A DNA stretch of 64,000 bases. Source: Macrostomum lignano (lineage: Eukaryota). The stretch spans positions 434,001 through 498,000 of the forward strand of contig NIVC01000621.1 in the NCBI GenBank assembly GCA_002269645.1, written 5' to 3'. Made by a program: the position numbers and the translations under genes. Each line of letters begins with the position of its first letter. The stretch's first letter is position 1. The notes below the pieces were generated by a model. It did not search any database. It saw nothing but the letters and a program-made list of their open reading frames with translations, and was not told where the DNA came from. Below are positions 50,601 to 62,819 of the stretch, one piece after another.

Positions 50601-51116
50601 TTTCAATAACGGGTCACCAGGTGACAAAGCATTGGCTTGTCCCCCGGCTCATCCTCGCCCCTGTCCATGTCACAAACCCTTCATCAGGACCCAAGCAACT
50701 GTGTTTGAATGGGGAAGGAGGGAGGGATACTTCCCATGTAACACCCCTCTCACCAGCCAACCAGAGTCGTGTGTACTCACACCTAAGTCAGTGCTCAACC
50801 CCTCCTTTAGCTTGCAGCCTCCCAACCCAAAATCAGCTCTTCTTTTCCAGTCAAAAAGTTCCACACAGTTGACACGCGGCCTGGGGGCGTCTGCGTCTTT
50901 TCTTGACTTTCGCAGCCTCAGTAAACAGGGGCGGCCGCTCTTTCCGGTTTTCCGTGTCAGATCGCTAAAAAAATTGATTTTTTGAATTTGTCAGTTTCTT
51001 TTTGAAAGCTTTTTTTAATGTCAAAAAAGTTTTTCTGCAAATTAATTTTTGGGAGCTGACGCGGAGGAAATCGAGGTCTTAAAGAGGCACCTCGCGTTGT
51101 GCTGGCACCGACCTTC

Positions 51117-51252
51117 ATGCATTCGGCTGTTATCATTCTGCTTGCAATGCTGTCCGCTGCCAGCCTCAATGCCAGTGGCACCGCCAGAAATGCTCTGGCT
51201 CCATTCTCTGACAATCGATACCTGATTGAGGTTGAGGTGGACTACATTCTGG
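51117..51252 (+). CDS. Putative first exon encoding a signal peptide (MHSAVIILLAMLSAASLNASG...)
   Basis: ATG, a hydrophobic core and a strong donor G|GTGAGA at 51253. The downstream exons are unresolved. Confidence 0.3.
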
Positions 51253-52134
51253 GTGAGACTGGCTGCTGTTTCCTTGTTTTGAATCAGCTCTTTCTCGCTC
51301 TTCATCATTTCTCTTCATCTAACCCTACTCGGACTCTTTTCACGGGAATCTCACTCCGACTCTCCTCATCTCACTCCGACTCTCCTCATCTCACTCTGAC
51401 TCTCCCCATCTCACTCTAACTCTCCTTATCTCACTCTGACTCTCTTCATCTCACTCTGACTCTCCTCATCTCACTCTGACTCTCCTCATCTCACTCTGAC
51501 TCTTCCCATCTCGCTCTGACACTTCCCATCTTACTCCGACTCCTCATCTCGCTCTGATTCTCCTCATCTCACTCTGACTCTTCCTCATCTCACCCCGATT
51601 CTCCTCATCTTACTCTGACTCTCTCCATCTCACCTCAATTTGAATCCCTCCATCTCACCTCAATTTGAATCTCTCCATCTCACCTCAATTTAAATCTCTC
51701 CATCTCATCTCAATTTGAATCTCTCCATCTCATCTCAATTTGAATCTCTCCATCTTATCTCACTCTGAATCCCTCCATCTCACCTCAATTTGAATCCCTC
51801 CATCTCATCTCACTCTGACTCTCTCAGAGTTAAGCAGACTTGGCAGAGTTTAGTATGCAGTGGTGACCCCCACCCCCCACTATGCCTAAACATAAGCCTT
51901 TTAAACTGTAGTACACTAGAGTCTACACAGCACTAAGATAGGGCACGCAGTGGGGTTGGCTTATGTTAAGAGGACACTACTTCCAATATTAATCCCTTTT
52001 TGATTACAAAAAAAGTGGCAAAAAATATGAGAAAATCGATACTGTTTCGTGTCTTGGAGAGTATTTGAAATTCGACACTTTCTGAGAAGCGGATAAGAAG
52101 AGATGACCGAATCTTGTACTTTTTCGACAGTTGC

Positions 52135-53530
52135 TTATGAGCTGTCTGAGTAATGTATGAGCTGTCTGAGTAATGTATGAGCTGTCTGAGTAATGTATGA
52201 GCTGTCTGAGTAATGTATGAGCTGTCTGAGTAATGTATGAGCTGTCTGAGTAATGTATGAGCTGTCTGAGTAATGTATGAGCTGTCTGGGTAATGTATGA
52301 GCTGTCTGGGTAATGTATGAGCTGTCTGGGTAATGTATGAGTTGTCTGAGTAATGTATGAGCTGTCTGGGTAATGTATGAGCTGTCTGAGTAATGTATGA
52401 GCTGTCTGAGTAATGTATGAGTTGTCTCACTGCTTTGACTGTCTATGGGCAGTCTGGGTTTCCTGAGGAGTTTCTGGGGTGTCAGATTTATCTCAGAAGT
52501 GTCAGAGTTATTCGTGAAGTGTCAGAGTTATTTGTGATGTGTCAGAGTTATCCCAGAAGTGTCAGAGTTATCTCAGAACTGTCAGAGTTATTCGTGAAGT
52601 GTCAGAGTTATCCCAGAAGTGTCAGAGTTATCTCAGAACTGTCAGAGTTATCTCAGAAGTGTCAGAGTTATCCCAGAAGTGTCAGAGTTATCTCAGAAGT
52701 GTCAGAGTTATCTCAGAAGTGTCAGAGTTATCTTAGAGGTGTCAGACTTTTTCGTGAAGTGTCAGAGTTATCCCAGAAGTGTCAGAGTTATCCCAGAAGT
52801 GTCAGAGTTATCTCAGAACTGTCAGAGTTATTCGTGAAGTGTCAGAGTTATCCCAGAAGTGTCAGAGTTATCTCAGAACTGTCAGAGTTATCCCAGAAGT
52901 GTCAGAGTTATCTCAGAAGTGTCAGAGTTATCTCAGAAGTGTCAGAGTTATCTTAGAGGTGTCAGACTTATTCGTGAAGTGTCAGAGTTATTCGTGAAGT
53001 GTCAGGGTTATTCGTGAAGTGTCAGAGTTATCCCTGAAGTGTCAGAGTTATCCCTGAAGTGTCAGAGTTATCTCAGAAGTGTCAGAGTTATCTCAGAAGT
53101 GTCAGAGTTATCTCAGAAGTGTCAGAGTTATCTCAGAACTGTCAGAGTTATCTCAGAAGTGTCAGAGTTATCCCAGAAGTGTCAGAGTTATCTCAGAAGT
53201 GTCAGAGTTATCTCAGAACTGTTAGAGTTATCTCAGAAGTGTCAGAGTTATCCCAGAAGTGTCAGAGTTATCTCAGAAGTGTCAGAGTTATCTTAGAGGT
53301 GTCAGACTTTTTCGTGAAGTGTCAGAGTTATTCGTGAAGTGTCAGAGTTATTCGTGAAGTGTCAGAGTTATCCCTGAAGTGTCAGAGTTATCTCAGAAGT
53401 GTCAGAGTTATCCCTGAAGTGTCAGAGTTATTCGTGAAGTGTCAGAGTTATCCCAGAAGTGTCAGAGCTATCTCAGAAGTGTCAGAGTTATCCCAGAAGT
53501 GTCAGGATTGTCCCTGAAGTGTCAGAGTTA
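52135..53530. repeat. Two 20-bp minisatellites (52135-52420 and 52480-53530)
   Basis: Units TGAGCTGTCTGAGTAATGTA and GTCAGAGTTATCTCAGAAGT. Confidence 0.95.
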
Positions 53531-53591
53531 TCCTTGAGGCATCTGACTTGTTTATAACACGCAAAATCTCTCCGCTACGCCAGACTCTTAG
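53504..53591 (+). repeat. 88-bp direct repeat, left copy (identical to 56124-56211)
   Basis: AGGATTGTCCCTGAAG...CAGACTCTTAG matches the right copy base for base. Confidence 0.95.
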
Positions 53592-53777
53592 CCGCCAGCA
53601 GTCTGATGGTAAGCAGTGCTTACCACGCTGACACTCCAATCCAAGCCTAAACTTTCGCGAGTGAGGAAAGTCTCTATAAGTCTATGGCTGGCCACAGGCC
53701 GTTCCGGTCGGCTATGGTAAGCAGAGCTTGCCATAGAATTGAAGTTAGGAAAATCAGATTGAGCAGCTCTTCAAAAC

Positions 53778-53812
<35 letters not shown>

Positions 53813-56123
53813 TCAGCTATTAGGGGTCATGGACAAATATTTATTCAAAAAGGAACTAGCTTTACTTTTATCCTTCCAAATAAAAATTTGTCATTTGCCT
53901 TTTATACCGCAGTTGGTTGAAATCTGCTACAGATTATTCACGGTCTGGAAACAACTCGACTGAAGAAAAAATCATACGAAAAATATTTTAACAAAGTAAA
54001 ACAAAAGTAAGCAGATCGTACAGATCGTACATTTAGATGCAAAAGTACTCCAAAACGCAAAAAAGAACATTGTGATATGTGTTAGACAACTTTAAACATT
54101 AAATAAACATAATAACTCAGTAAACTTACAAACTACATTAAAATATACTGACTTGCATTATATTTTGACTAAGTTCGAGTGAACAGTTGCCTTCAAATAG
54201 ATTCATTAAGGCAGACTTAGTCCAAATCGCAGTCGAAGATCAGGCATGCCACTGCTGAAAGCAGGCTTCCAAGCAGAGCCCCGGTTCCCCTGGACACTCA
54301 GGGCAGCAGTAGATCGTGCGCTTGCTGCTTCCAGCTCTGTAGCAGACACGACAGCGCTTTGTTGGTCTTGGCTGACTGTCCCGCGCCACAATCTTCGTTG
54401 GAAAGTGCGGACTGACTGGGCCACCTGGAGCGGCCTGGATGCCAGCGGCCGGGCGCTTCCTGCTCGTTCCGGTACGCTCCACCAGCTCCCGAATGCTGGC
54501 CTCAAGAAACTTGGCGAACGTCTTCTCTCCACCGCACCGGCTGTACACAATCCAAGCGTTGCGAATCATTTGAAGAAAAAGATGCAAGCCGAGCTTCAAA
54601 AACCACTTTGTAGTTTTCCTCCCTGGCAGATGAGGCTGTAGATGACTGTCCATTCTGTCAACACCACCCATGCACCGATTGTAGGTGAGAATTGACCTGC
54701 TCTTCTGCACCACTGTTTCTGCTCCTCCACGAACCACGCGTCTGGTTTGAACCCTCTCAGCCGCCTCTTTCGTGTCCAGCAAATACAGAGTCTTCAGGCC
54801 ACTCTCCTTTCGTTCAACGATCTTGACAGCCAGCACCTCGTCTTTGCGCATGAAGGCGACGTCGTTAGGTGGAACGTGCAGCTGTCTGAGCTCAATCGGC
54901 ACACCTCGGTCGGCCCGGACGGTACAAGTCAGGTGCGTTCCTTGGGTCAGCAGGTACTCTGACAGCCGATAGGAACCGAACCATTTATCGACAAAGATGC
55001 GGTAGCCTTGGTGCAACAAGTTGTAGCAGAGCTCAACAACAATCTTCTCGCTGAAGGACAGATTGTCTCCCTGCAACTGTTCATCGAACCGGCGGTTCTC
55101 CTCTGGGGTCGAGTGAACGCGGAAGTTGTACAGGTAGCCTGATTTGGCCTCACATGCACAATATAGCTTTATTCCGTACTTAGCCCGCTTCGTTGGAATA
55201 TATTGCTTAAAGCGCAGGCGACCTTTGTACAGCACCAAAGACTCATCCACGCTCACATCCTCCTCGGGCCTGTACACATTAATACAAGCCTCTTTCAAAG
55301 CCTGCAGCAACGGACGGATCTTAAAGAGAGGATCGTTGACAATCGGATCCTCAGCGCAATCGTAGAAACGGAGCAGACCAAGTAGCTGCTTGAAGCGGTC
55401 CCTAGAGAGAGCTTGAGGTGCTTGAAAGTACGGCGTACTGTAGTAACTGTCTGTGCTCCAGTACTCGTTCATTTCGGCCTTTTTATTGGAACCCATGTAA
55501 AGGCACATTCCTAACACTTTCTTTACTTCATTCGCACTGCAATCTCTCCATTGCGCAAAACTCCGAGGCAGGTCGTTGACATTGACAGAGTGGATCGCCG
55601 CCCAGGCTCTTCGATTAGTCCATTTTGCCAGGTCTTCGAAAAGGCTATTGGACAAAAAAAGACCGAGAAAAAAGGACGTTGCCTGCTCAACATCACCAGG
55701 TACGCAAATTCCTGGATTCAGTCCAGGTGTCCCTAGAAACTCGTGCACATTCGCTTGCACGTCATGCCCAGCAACTACAGAATGCCAAGACAGCTCTTCC
55801 GTCTCTTCGGCAGTGCTCTGGCCGTCCGACTCACCATAATCGTCCTCTGACATGATGTCTTCTTCTTCATCGGACGTCATTAAGTCCGAATCGGAAAAAC
55901 TTTCAAATTCTTCCATGAGTGCAGCCATAATCTTCAGCTGTAAAACTTTCTATGTTAGTTTATGGAGACTTAGTTTTGGGCCTTATTCATAGTCAATGTC
56001 TTTTTATCAGACTGGAATGACCACAGACTTAGCAAACCATTCTGCTGAAAGGAATAGTCTATGGTAAGCGCTGCTTACCATCCGACCGGAACGGAGATGA
56101 ATAAAATCCTCTTCAGTTCGGAG
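53592..56123 (-). mobile_element. piggyBac-superfamily DNA transposon
   Basis: Contains the transposase ORF and an imperfect inverted repeat pair, 53699-53737 and 56058-56094 (CCGTTCCGGTCGG..ATGGTAAGCAG.GCTT.CCATAGA). A third motif copy lies at 53599-53625. No TTAA at the ends. Confidence 0.85.
54240..55928 (-). CDS. piggyBac transposase, PGBD4-like, 562 aa, uninterrupted
   Basis: DDD triad (SVDESLV, FVDKWF, GGVDRMD), KYGIKLY motif, acidic N-terminus and a C-terminal Cys-rich domain (CRVC...CPECPGEPGLCLEACF). Confidence 0.95.
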   Translation of the reverse strand: MAALMEEFESFSDSDLMTSDEEEDIMSEDDYGESDGQSTAEETEELSWHSVVAGHDVQANVHEFLGTPGLNPGICVPGDVEQATSFFLGLFLSNSLFEDLAKWTNRRAWAAIHSVNVNDLPRSFAQWRDCSANEVKKVLGMCLYMGSNKKAEMNEYWSTDSYYSTPYFQAPQALSRDRFKQLLGLLRFYDCAEDPIVNDPLFKIRPLLQALKEACINVYRPEEDVSVDESLVLYKGRLRFKQYIPTKRAKYGIKLYCACEAKSGYLYNFRVHSTPEENRRFDEQLQGDNLSFSEKIVVELCYNLLHQGYRIFVDKWFGSYRLSEYLLTQGTHLTCTVRADRGVPIELRQLHVPPNDVAFMRKDEVLAVKIVERKESGLKTLYLLDTKEAAERVQTRRVVRGGAETVVQKSRSILTYNRCMGGVDRMDSHLQPHLPGRKTTKWFLKLGLHLFLQMIRNAWIVYSRCGGEKTFAKFLEASIRELVERTGTSRKRPAAGIQAAPGGPVSPHFPTKIVARDSQPRPTKRCRVCYRAGSSKRTIYCCPECPGEPGLCLEACFQQWHA

Positions 56124-56211
56124 AGGATTGTCCCTGAAGTGTCAGAGTTATCCTTGAGGCATCTGACTTGTTTATAACACGCAAAATCTCTCCGCTACGC
56201 CAGACTCTTAG
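56124..56211 (+). repeat. 88-bp direct repeat, right copy
   Basis: Identical to 53504-53591. Confidence 0.95.
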
Positions 56212-56859
56212 TCCCATGCAGCTTCATCTGTCCTCAAACTGCCAGCCAGCGGGAACAGATTGATTTTTGCAAAAATAAAGCTTTCGAGGACAAATGCTTG
56301 AAAATTAATATCGGCACCTGAGCTTCGCCAATATTCAATATATTAAAGCGGCACTGGCCATGGTGACGCATTGCCAATCCAGGTGAAGTGGAGAGGCAGC
56401 CAGAGGTTTAACATATTTCTGCTTATAGCTAGCGGGTCCTTGCGCGAAAACATGCGGCTGATGGAGACCTGAGCTGTACCACTCACCCAAAGACTAAAAT
56501 CTGCTTTTGCGAAGCAATTTCTCGGGCAAATCAAGCGTGCTGACAGAGAGACAGATGGGGAGAGAACCCCCCCCCCAGTCACCACCAGCCCCTACTTGTC
56601 TCGCACAGTGCACTCAAGACAGCATGTGTAATGGTAGGTCTCTCCTTAATTGATGCGACAGCGAAGTAACTGAGGTAGCTGCTTCTCATTATTTGAGCAG
56701 TGGCTTCATGTCTCATCTCAATATTGCGATGCTGTCTGCTGGGCTCTGTACTTGCTTTTAGTTCACGGTTAGGTATACTGTTTTAGTCCATCGGTCTAGG
56801 AGACTGCGACGTATCTCGTGTCTCCCGATAGTTGTTTTCATAGTGTCTAAGCTCACATC

Positions 56860-59800
56860 CCTTCCCCTCCCCATCTCCCCCTCCCACTTACCCGCTTCAT
56901 CTTGCCTCTCCCTCTTCCCCTCTCTCCTTCCCTCTCCAGTCTCCTCCTCCCTCTCCCTGTCTCCCTCTCCCTCTCCCCGTCTCCCTCTCCCTCTCCCGTC
57001 TCCCTCTCCCCGTCTCCCTCTCCCTCTCCCCGTCTCCCTCTCCCTCTCCCGTCTCCCTCTCCCTCTCCCCGTCTCCCTCTTCCTCTCCCCGTCTCCCTCT
57101 CCTTCTCCCGTCTCCCTCTCCCTCTCCCGTCTCCCTCTCCCTCTCCCCGTCTCCCTCTCCTTCTCCTCATCCTCCGGAGCTCTCCCCGTCTCCAACCTCC
57201 CTCTCTCGTCTCCCCTCCCTCTCCCGTCTACCCCTCCCTATCTCCGTCTCCCTCTCCCCTCCCGTCTAAAAATAGAGAAAAAGCTGAATTGATTTTGAAT
57301 TTCAGCTAAATTCAAAGAACTTAAAATAGCTTGAACCTGAATAACTTGAATCTTAGGCTCCAAAAAAAACTTTTACAATGGCTCACTCACTGAAACAGTT
57401 TCTAACTTGCAACCAGAATTTTATTCTGGTCGAAAGGCTGCCCTGGCCACTCACTGTCCGCAGACAACAACAGTCATAAATTGTGCATCTCCAACACAGG
57501 AGTCGGGCGCCCGCCCTGGCATGCTGATAAGCCTGAGCCTTAGCTTCAGCGAGAGTTGCCGGGATTAAATTGAGTCTATTTATGAGCACACTAGCTAGCT
57601 GGCTTAGATTTTCCATGATCCTACGAGCGTGTGTCATAGACTATGAGATTAGAGCTGCCGTCCCTGCGCTCGCGAGAAGTCAGGCAACCTGGCCAGTCTT
57701 GTTATTCAAATACATTTTAAGAGGAGAGGTTTCGTTATACATGTAGCTGAGAGAACCTTCTCAACTGCTGCTCCGTTAAAGTGCCAAAGTCTCCTTCACT
57801 CTCCCTCTCCTCTCTGCCTCCTTCACTCTCCTCTCCTCTCTGCCTCTCCTTCACTCTCCTCTCCTCTCTGCCTCTCCTTCACTCTCCCTCTCCTCTCTGC
57901 CTCTCCTTCACTCTCCTCTCCTCTCTGCCTCTCCTTCACTCTCCTCTCCTCTCTGCCTCTCCTTCACTCTCCTCTCCTCTCTGCCTCTCCTTCACTCTCC
58001 CTCTCCTCTCTGCCTCTCCTTCACTCTCCTCTCCTCTCTGCCTCTCCTTCACTCTCCTCTCCTCTCTGCCTCTCCTTCACTCTCCTCTCCTCTCTGCCTC
58101 TCCTTCACTCTCCTCTCCTCTCTGCCTCTCCTTCACTCTCCTCTCCTCTCTGCCTCTCCTTCACTCTCCTCTCCTCTCTGCCTCTCCTTCACTCTCCCTC
58201 TCCTCTCTGCCTCTCCTTCACTCTCCCTCTCCTCTCTGCCTCTCCTTCACTCTCCTCTCCTCTCTGCCTCTCCTTCACTCTCCTCTCCTCTCTGCCTCTC
58301 CTTCACTCTCCTCTCCTCTCTGCCTCTCCTTCACTCTCCCTCTCCTCTCTGCCTCTCCTTCACTCTTCCTCTTTCTCCTCTTTCCATCTCATCTCTGTCT
58401 CTCCCTCTCACCCCCTCTCACCTCTCTCTCCTCTCTCCTCTCTCCTCTCCCTCTCCTCTCTCCTCTCTCTCTCCTCTCTCTCTCTCTCCCCTCTCCCCCT
58501 CTCCTCTCTCCTCTCTCTCCTCTCTCTCTCTCTCCCTTTCTCTCTAACCTCTCTCATCTCTACGTCTTCTCTCCCTCCTTTCTCTCTCCTCTCTCTCTCT
58601 CTCCCTTTCCTCTCTCTAACCTCTCTCATCTCTACGTCTTCTCTCCCTCCTTTCTCTCTCCTCTCTCTCTCCACTCCTCCTCTCCTCATCTCTCCCTCTC
58701 CCTCTCCCTCTACTTTTCCCTCTGCTTCTGCCTCTTTCACTCTCCCTCTCCCTCGCCCTCTCTCCCCTCTTCCCCTGGTTCTCTCTCTAACCGCTGATAC
58801 AAATGGAAAACAAAGAAGAGAAAGTCGATAGCAGCCAAGCCTGCAGTAGCACTTTAAACAGTCTCAAGACCGCTGGCGCGCCTGCTGGCTTAGCACAGCC
58901 TCTGTCTCCATCATCTATTCACTATCGATCTATTTTTATTGGGCCCAACCTTTCTAATCGTGGCGCATTTCTTTGCAGAAATTGAAGTGGCGTATGTCAG
59001 TAAAAAACGCCAGACAGATGAGGGTCGACAGAACGAAAGAATACCTTCTAAAAAGGCTGGAATCTTCTTCATTCCTAATACTCTCCCACCTCCAGAGGTC
59101 AGGAAGTCGCGCTCAGGCAGCCTCAAGCCACTGTTCATGGTTTCAGCGGGTTGCCAGGAATTTTCTCTCTTTGCCTTTTCTCCTCTCGCTTTTATAACTG
59201 TTCCGCCTTTAATGTTCTCTAATAATACATTGCTTGGCCTTTCTCTGAACAGGAGTTCGAGTCTTTCCTCCCCAGTGTCTCCTCTCCCAGTGTCTCCTCT
59301 CCCAGTGTCTCCTCTCCCAGCATCTCCTCTCCCAGAGTCTCCTCTCCCAGCATCTCCTCTCCCAGCATCTCCTCTCCCAGTGTCTCCTCTCCCAGAGTCT
59401 CCTCTCCCAGCATCTCCTCTCCCAGCATCTCCTCTCCCAGTATATCCTTTTAGCCATAATTTTTACTTAGCAACTAAAATCGCCATACTATGTGTTCTCC
59501 GACAACAATTTCATCTATTTTTTGCATAGGAGACAATGAATAAAAAAACACCCTTTGATGTTCCTTTAAAGATTTTTAGGTCTATATATAAAATCCGCGA
59601 CAGTATTGATTGATGCAAAATGTCACACATGAAGGGTGCGCATGCGTATTTTGCAATATATGGATTGCCACACCTGTCAGTCTTAGGGTTATAATAGTCT
59701 GAAATATTTTGACCTGGGTGGGGTTCTATCATCACGATATTCGCTTCCAACCCTATTCTCATCCTATTAGAGAGTGCTGAAACTGGGTGTCAGTAGGTGC

Positions 59801-62245
59801 TGAAACTGGGTGTCAGTAGGTGCTGAAACTGGGTGTCAGAGTGTGCTGAAACTGGGTGTCAGAGTGTGCTGAAACTGGGTGTCAGAGTGTGCTGAAACTG
59901 GGTGTCAGAGTGTGGTGAAACTAGGTGTCAGTAGGTGCTGAAACTGGGTGTCAGAGAGTGTTGAAACTGGGTGTCAGTAGGTGCTGAAACTCAGTGTCAG
60001 TAGGTGCTGAAACTGGGTGTCAGAGTGTGCTGAAACTGGGTGTCAGTAGGTGCTGAAACTGGATGTCAGTAGGTGCTGAAACTGGGTGTCAGTAGGTGCT
60101 GAAACTGGATGTCAGTAGGTGCTGAAACTGGGTGTCAGAGAGTGTTGAAACTAAGTTTCAGTTGGTGCTGAAACTTAGTGTCAGTAGGTGCTGAAACTGT
60201 AAAAATGTAAATCCGTTAACCGTGTGTTGTGGCGTGAAAAACTCTGGCAGAAATTTCCGCAGCTTGCACATCCCGGCTCCGGTTCCCACAATGCCCGATT
60301 GGGTGTTAAGAAAGTTTCTACCCGATAATCGCAAGCAGAGCAGTCATGAATATTGCCGTGGACCCTTGAGTACAAAATAACCCGGGCTGGCAGGATAAAA
60401 TGCCCTTGTCAATCTTGTCAGCAACTCGCTAATCCCCACTTGTGTTGGATTTAGGCAGATTTTAGTACAGCTGCAATCCACTGTGTTGACGGGTTGAGCA
60501 AAGAAACTGATAGGTTTGAGTAGGAGAGTTGAAGGGTTTGAGTAGGGGATTGAGGGTTTGAGTAGGAGAGTTGAAGGGTTTGAGTAGGGGGTTGAAGGGT
60601 TTGAGTAGGGGGTTGAAGGGTTTGGTAGGGGATTAAAGTTGAGTAGAAGATCTTAAGGGTTTGAAGTAAAAAAGCTTTTTTTACTGTGAAAAAATTATAA
60701 CTTTACTGTACAAAGAATATCGATCTGAATGCTTTGCTTGCTACTCATAAGTAGATCAGTGTGAATTTTGTTAATTATTTTTGTTGACAGTCAAGAGACT
60801 CAATAGATTATACAGTCTCAATCGATTATCATTTTGAGACAGTCTCATTTTGTGTCTCAATAGATTAGCAATCCACTCTAATCCTTCATCCATATTGTGT
60901 CTCAGTAGATTAGCAATCCACTCTAATCCTTCATCCATATTGTGTCTCAGTAGATTAGCAATCCACTCTAATCCTTCATCCATATTGTGTCTCAGTAGAT
61001 TAGCAATCCACTCTAATCCTTCATCCATATTGTGGCTCAATAGTTTAGCAATCCATTCTGATCCCTCATACTATATACAATAGCAGTCAGTTCTTTGTTT
61101 CCCTTCAATGCCCCAAGTACGCTCAGGGCCTAAGTCAATCGATTAGGAACTCAAGTCTCAAATTCTCATGCCAAGGCTGCTCCACCTTATGAGCGCCTTG
61201 AGTCTTGGCTTGCCTCCCCATTGTTTCCAATCTCCCATTTCTACATCCTTAGTCCTTCTTATTTAAGTCTCGAGGGTCGATTTTTTTTGTACACTCTATC
61301 TGACACCCCATTGTCATCTATCTACGTGACCTGACCAATTTGATAGTCCTTGCAACTCATTGAGCATTATTCTTCTGATCAGGATCCTTTGTTCATGCTC
61401 GCATAAAATCGACCATTCAATGGGCTGCTTGTTCAAGAATATAAGCATCTTTGTATTGTAGTTAAGTACTTTTTTACTTTTTTAGAAGTGCTTAGAAAAT
61501 ATGCTTAAGAATAATTATTGCGTATTAGGCAGTTTTTTTTCTTAAAATATTTATAAAATGGTTGAGCAAGTCTTAGTTTTTTTTAACGATTTAAAAAGAA
61601 TGGGTCATTTAAGTCAAATTATCGTTGCTCTTTTTTTCAGATTTAATTGGGCCAAGAAATTCTGCAAATGGGTGGCATCCTGACAGTGTCCCCGATCTTC
61701 CCAGCACAACTCTCCTCTCTCCTCTCCTCCCCTCTCCTCTCCTCTCCTCCCCTCTCCTCTCCTCTCCTCTCCTGTCCTCTCCTCTCCTCTCCTCTCCTCT
61801 CCTCTCCTCTCCTCTCCTCTCCTCTCCTCTCCTCTCCTCCTCTCCTCTCCTCTTCTCTCCTCTCCTCTTCTCTCCTCTCCTCTTCTCTCCTCTCCTCTCC
61901 TCTCCTCTCCTCTCCTCTCCTCTCCTCTCCACTCCTTTTCTCTCCTCTTCTCTCCTCTTCTCTCCTCTTCTCTCTTCTCCTTTTCTCTGCTCTCCTCTCC
62001 TCTCCTCTCCTCCCCTCTCCTCTTCTCTCCTCTTCTCTCCTCTCCTCTCCTCTCCTCCTCTCCTCTCCTCTTCTCTCCTCTCCTCTTCTCTCCTCTCCTC
62101 TCCTCTCCTCTCCTCTCCTCTCCTCTCCTCTCCTCTCCTCTCCTCTCCTCTCCTCTCCTCCTCTCCTCTCCTCCCCTCTCCTCTCCTCTCCTCTCCTCTC
62201 CTCCCCTCTCCTCTCATCTCCTCTCCTCTCCTCTTCTCTCCTCTC
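56860..62245. repeat. CT-rich and other arrays (56860-57270; 57790-58780; 15 bp 59270-59440; 23 bp 59770-60200; ~22 bp 60500-60660; 45 bp 60850-61050; (CTCCT)n 61710-62245)
   Basis: Direct periodicity is visible in the sequence and in the repetitive ORF translations. Confidence 0.9.
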
Positions 62246-62819
62246 CTAAGAATAAGAATCGATTTTCGCCATAATGCTCAAGATAAAAATCGTTTATTAA
62301 ACCTGACGCGTAATACGCAAAGTTGCTTCGCTAATCTCTCCACTCAAACTACATGTTAGCTGCTAGACTACAAGTAATCGTGTTCAAAAGCTACACAAAA
62401 TAAATGTGGTTACCAAAGCTAATTCTCTTCAATTGTCTTCGATCTTTGCCTCTCAACCCGCTTGCACCTGGTGCTCCGCCCTCAGACCCGGTCAGTGCTT
62501 GATTATATAGTGGTTGTCAATTGGTTGGCTACATAGATTATAACTCTTGTAGTTGTACGTGAGTAGCTTAAGAAAAAGCTTGACAAAATGTCCAGACAAA
62601 ACTGACTCGCAGGACAGCACTTTCAGTTTTATCCCGGCTTAGTAAAACAATTGTGGCGATGAAATTCACGGAAAAATTCCGGAATCAAGGAGCATCAAAT
62701 TTTGAGTTTGTTGGTGAGGCAATCATTTTTTACTCGCTTGTTTGCTGTGCAGGTATTTGCTATCTGCTAGGCGCTACGGTCTAGTGCTAGTTCAGAGTTA
62801 AATTGAACTTGATTTGACA

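Larger units (their letters stand above)
46150..51830. repeat. Purine/pyrimidine-biased simple repeats and GGCGCC arrays (46150-46900, 48020-48200, 48700-49440, 49925-50170, 50290-50580, 51345-51830)
   Basis: GAGAG runs, GAGAGTGAGATG units and their reverse complement, and TTGGCGCCATTTGCCACCT units. Confidence 0.88.
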
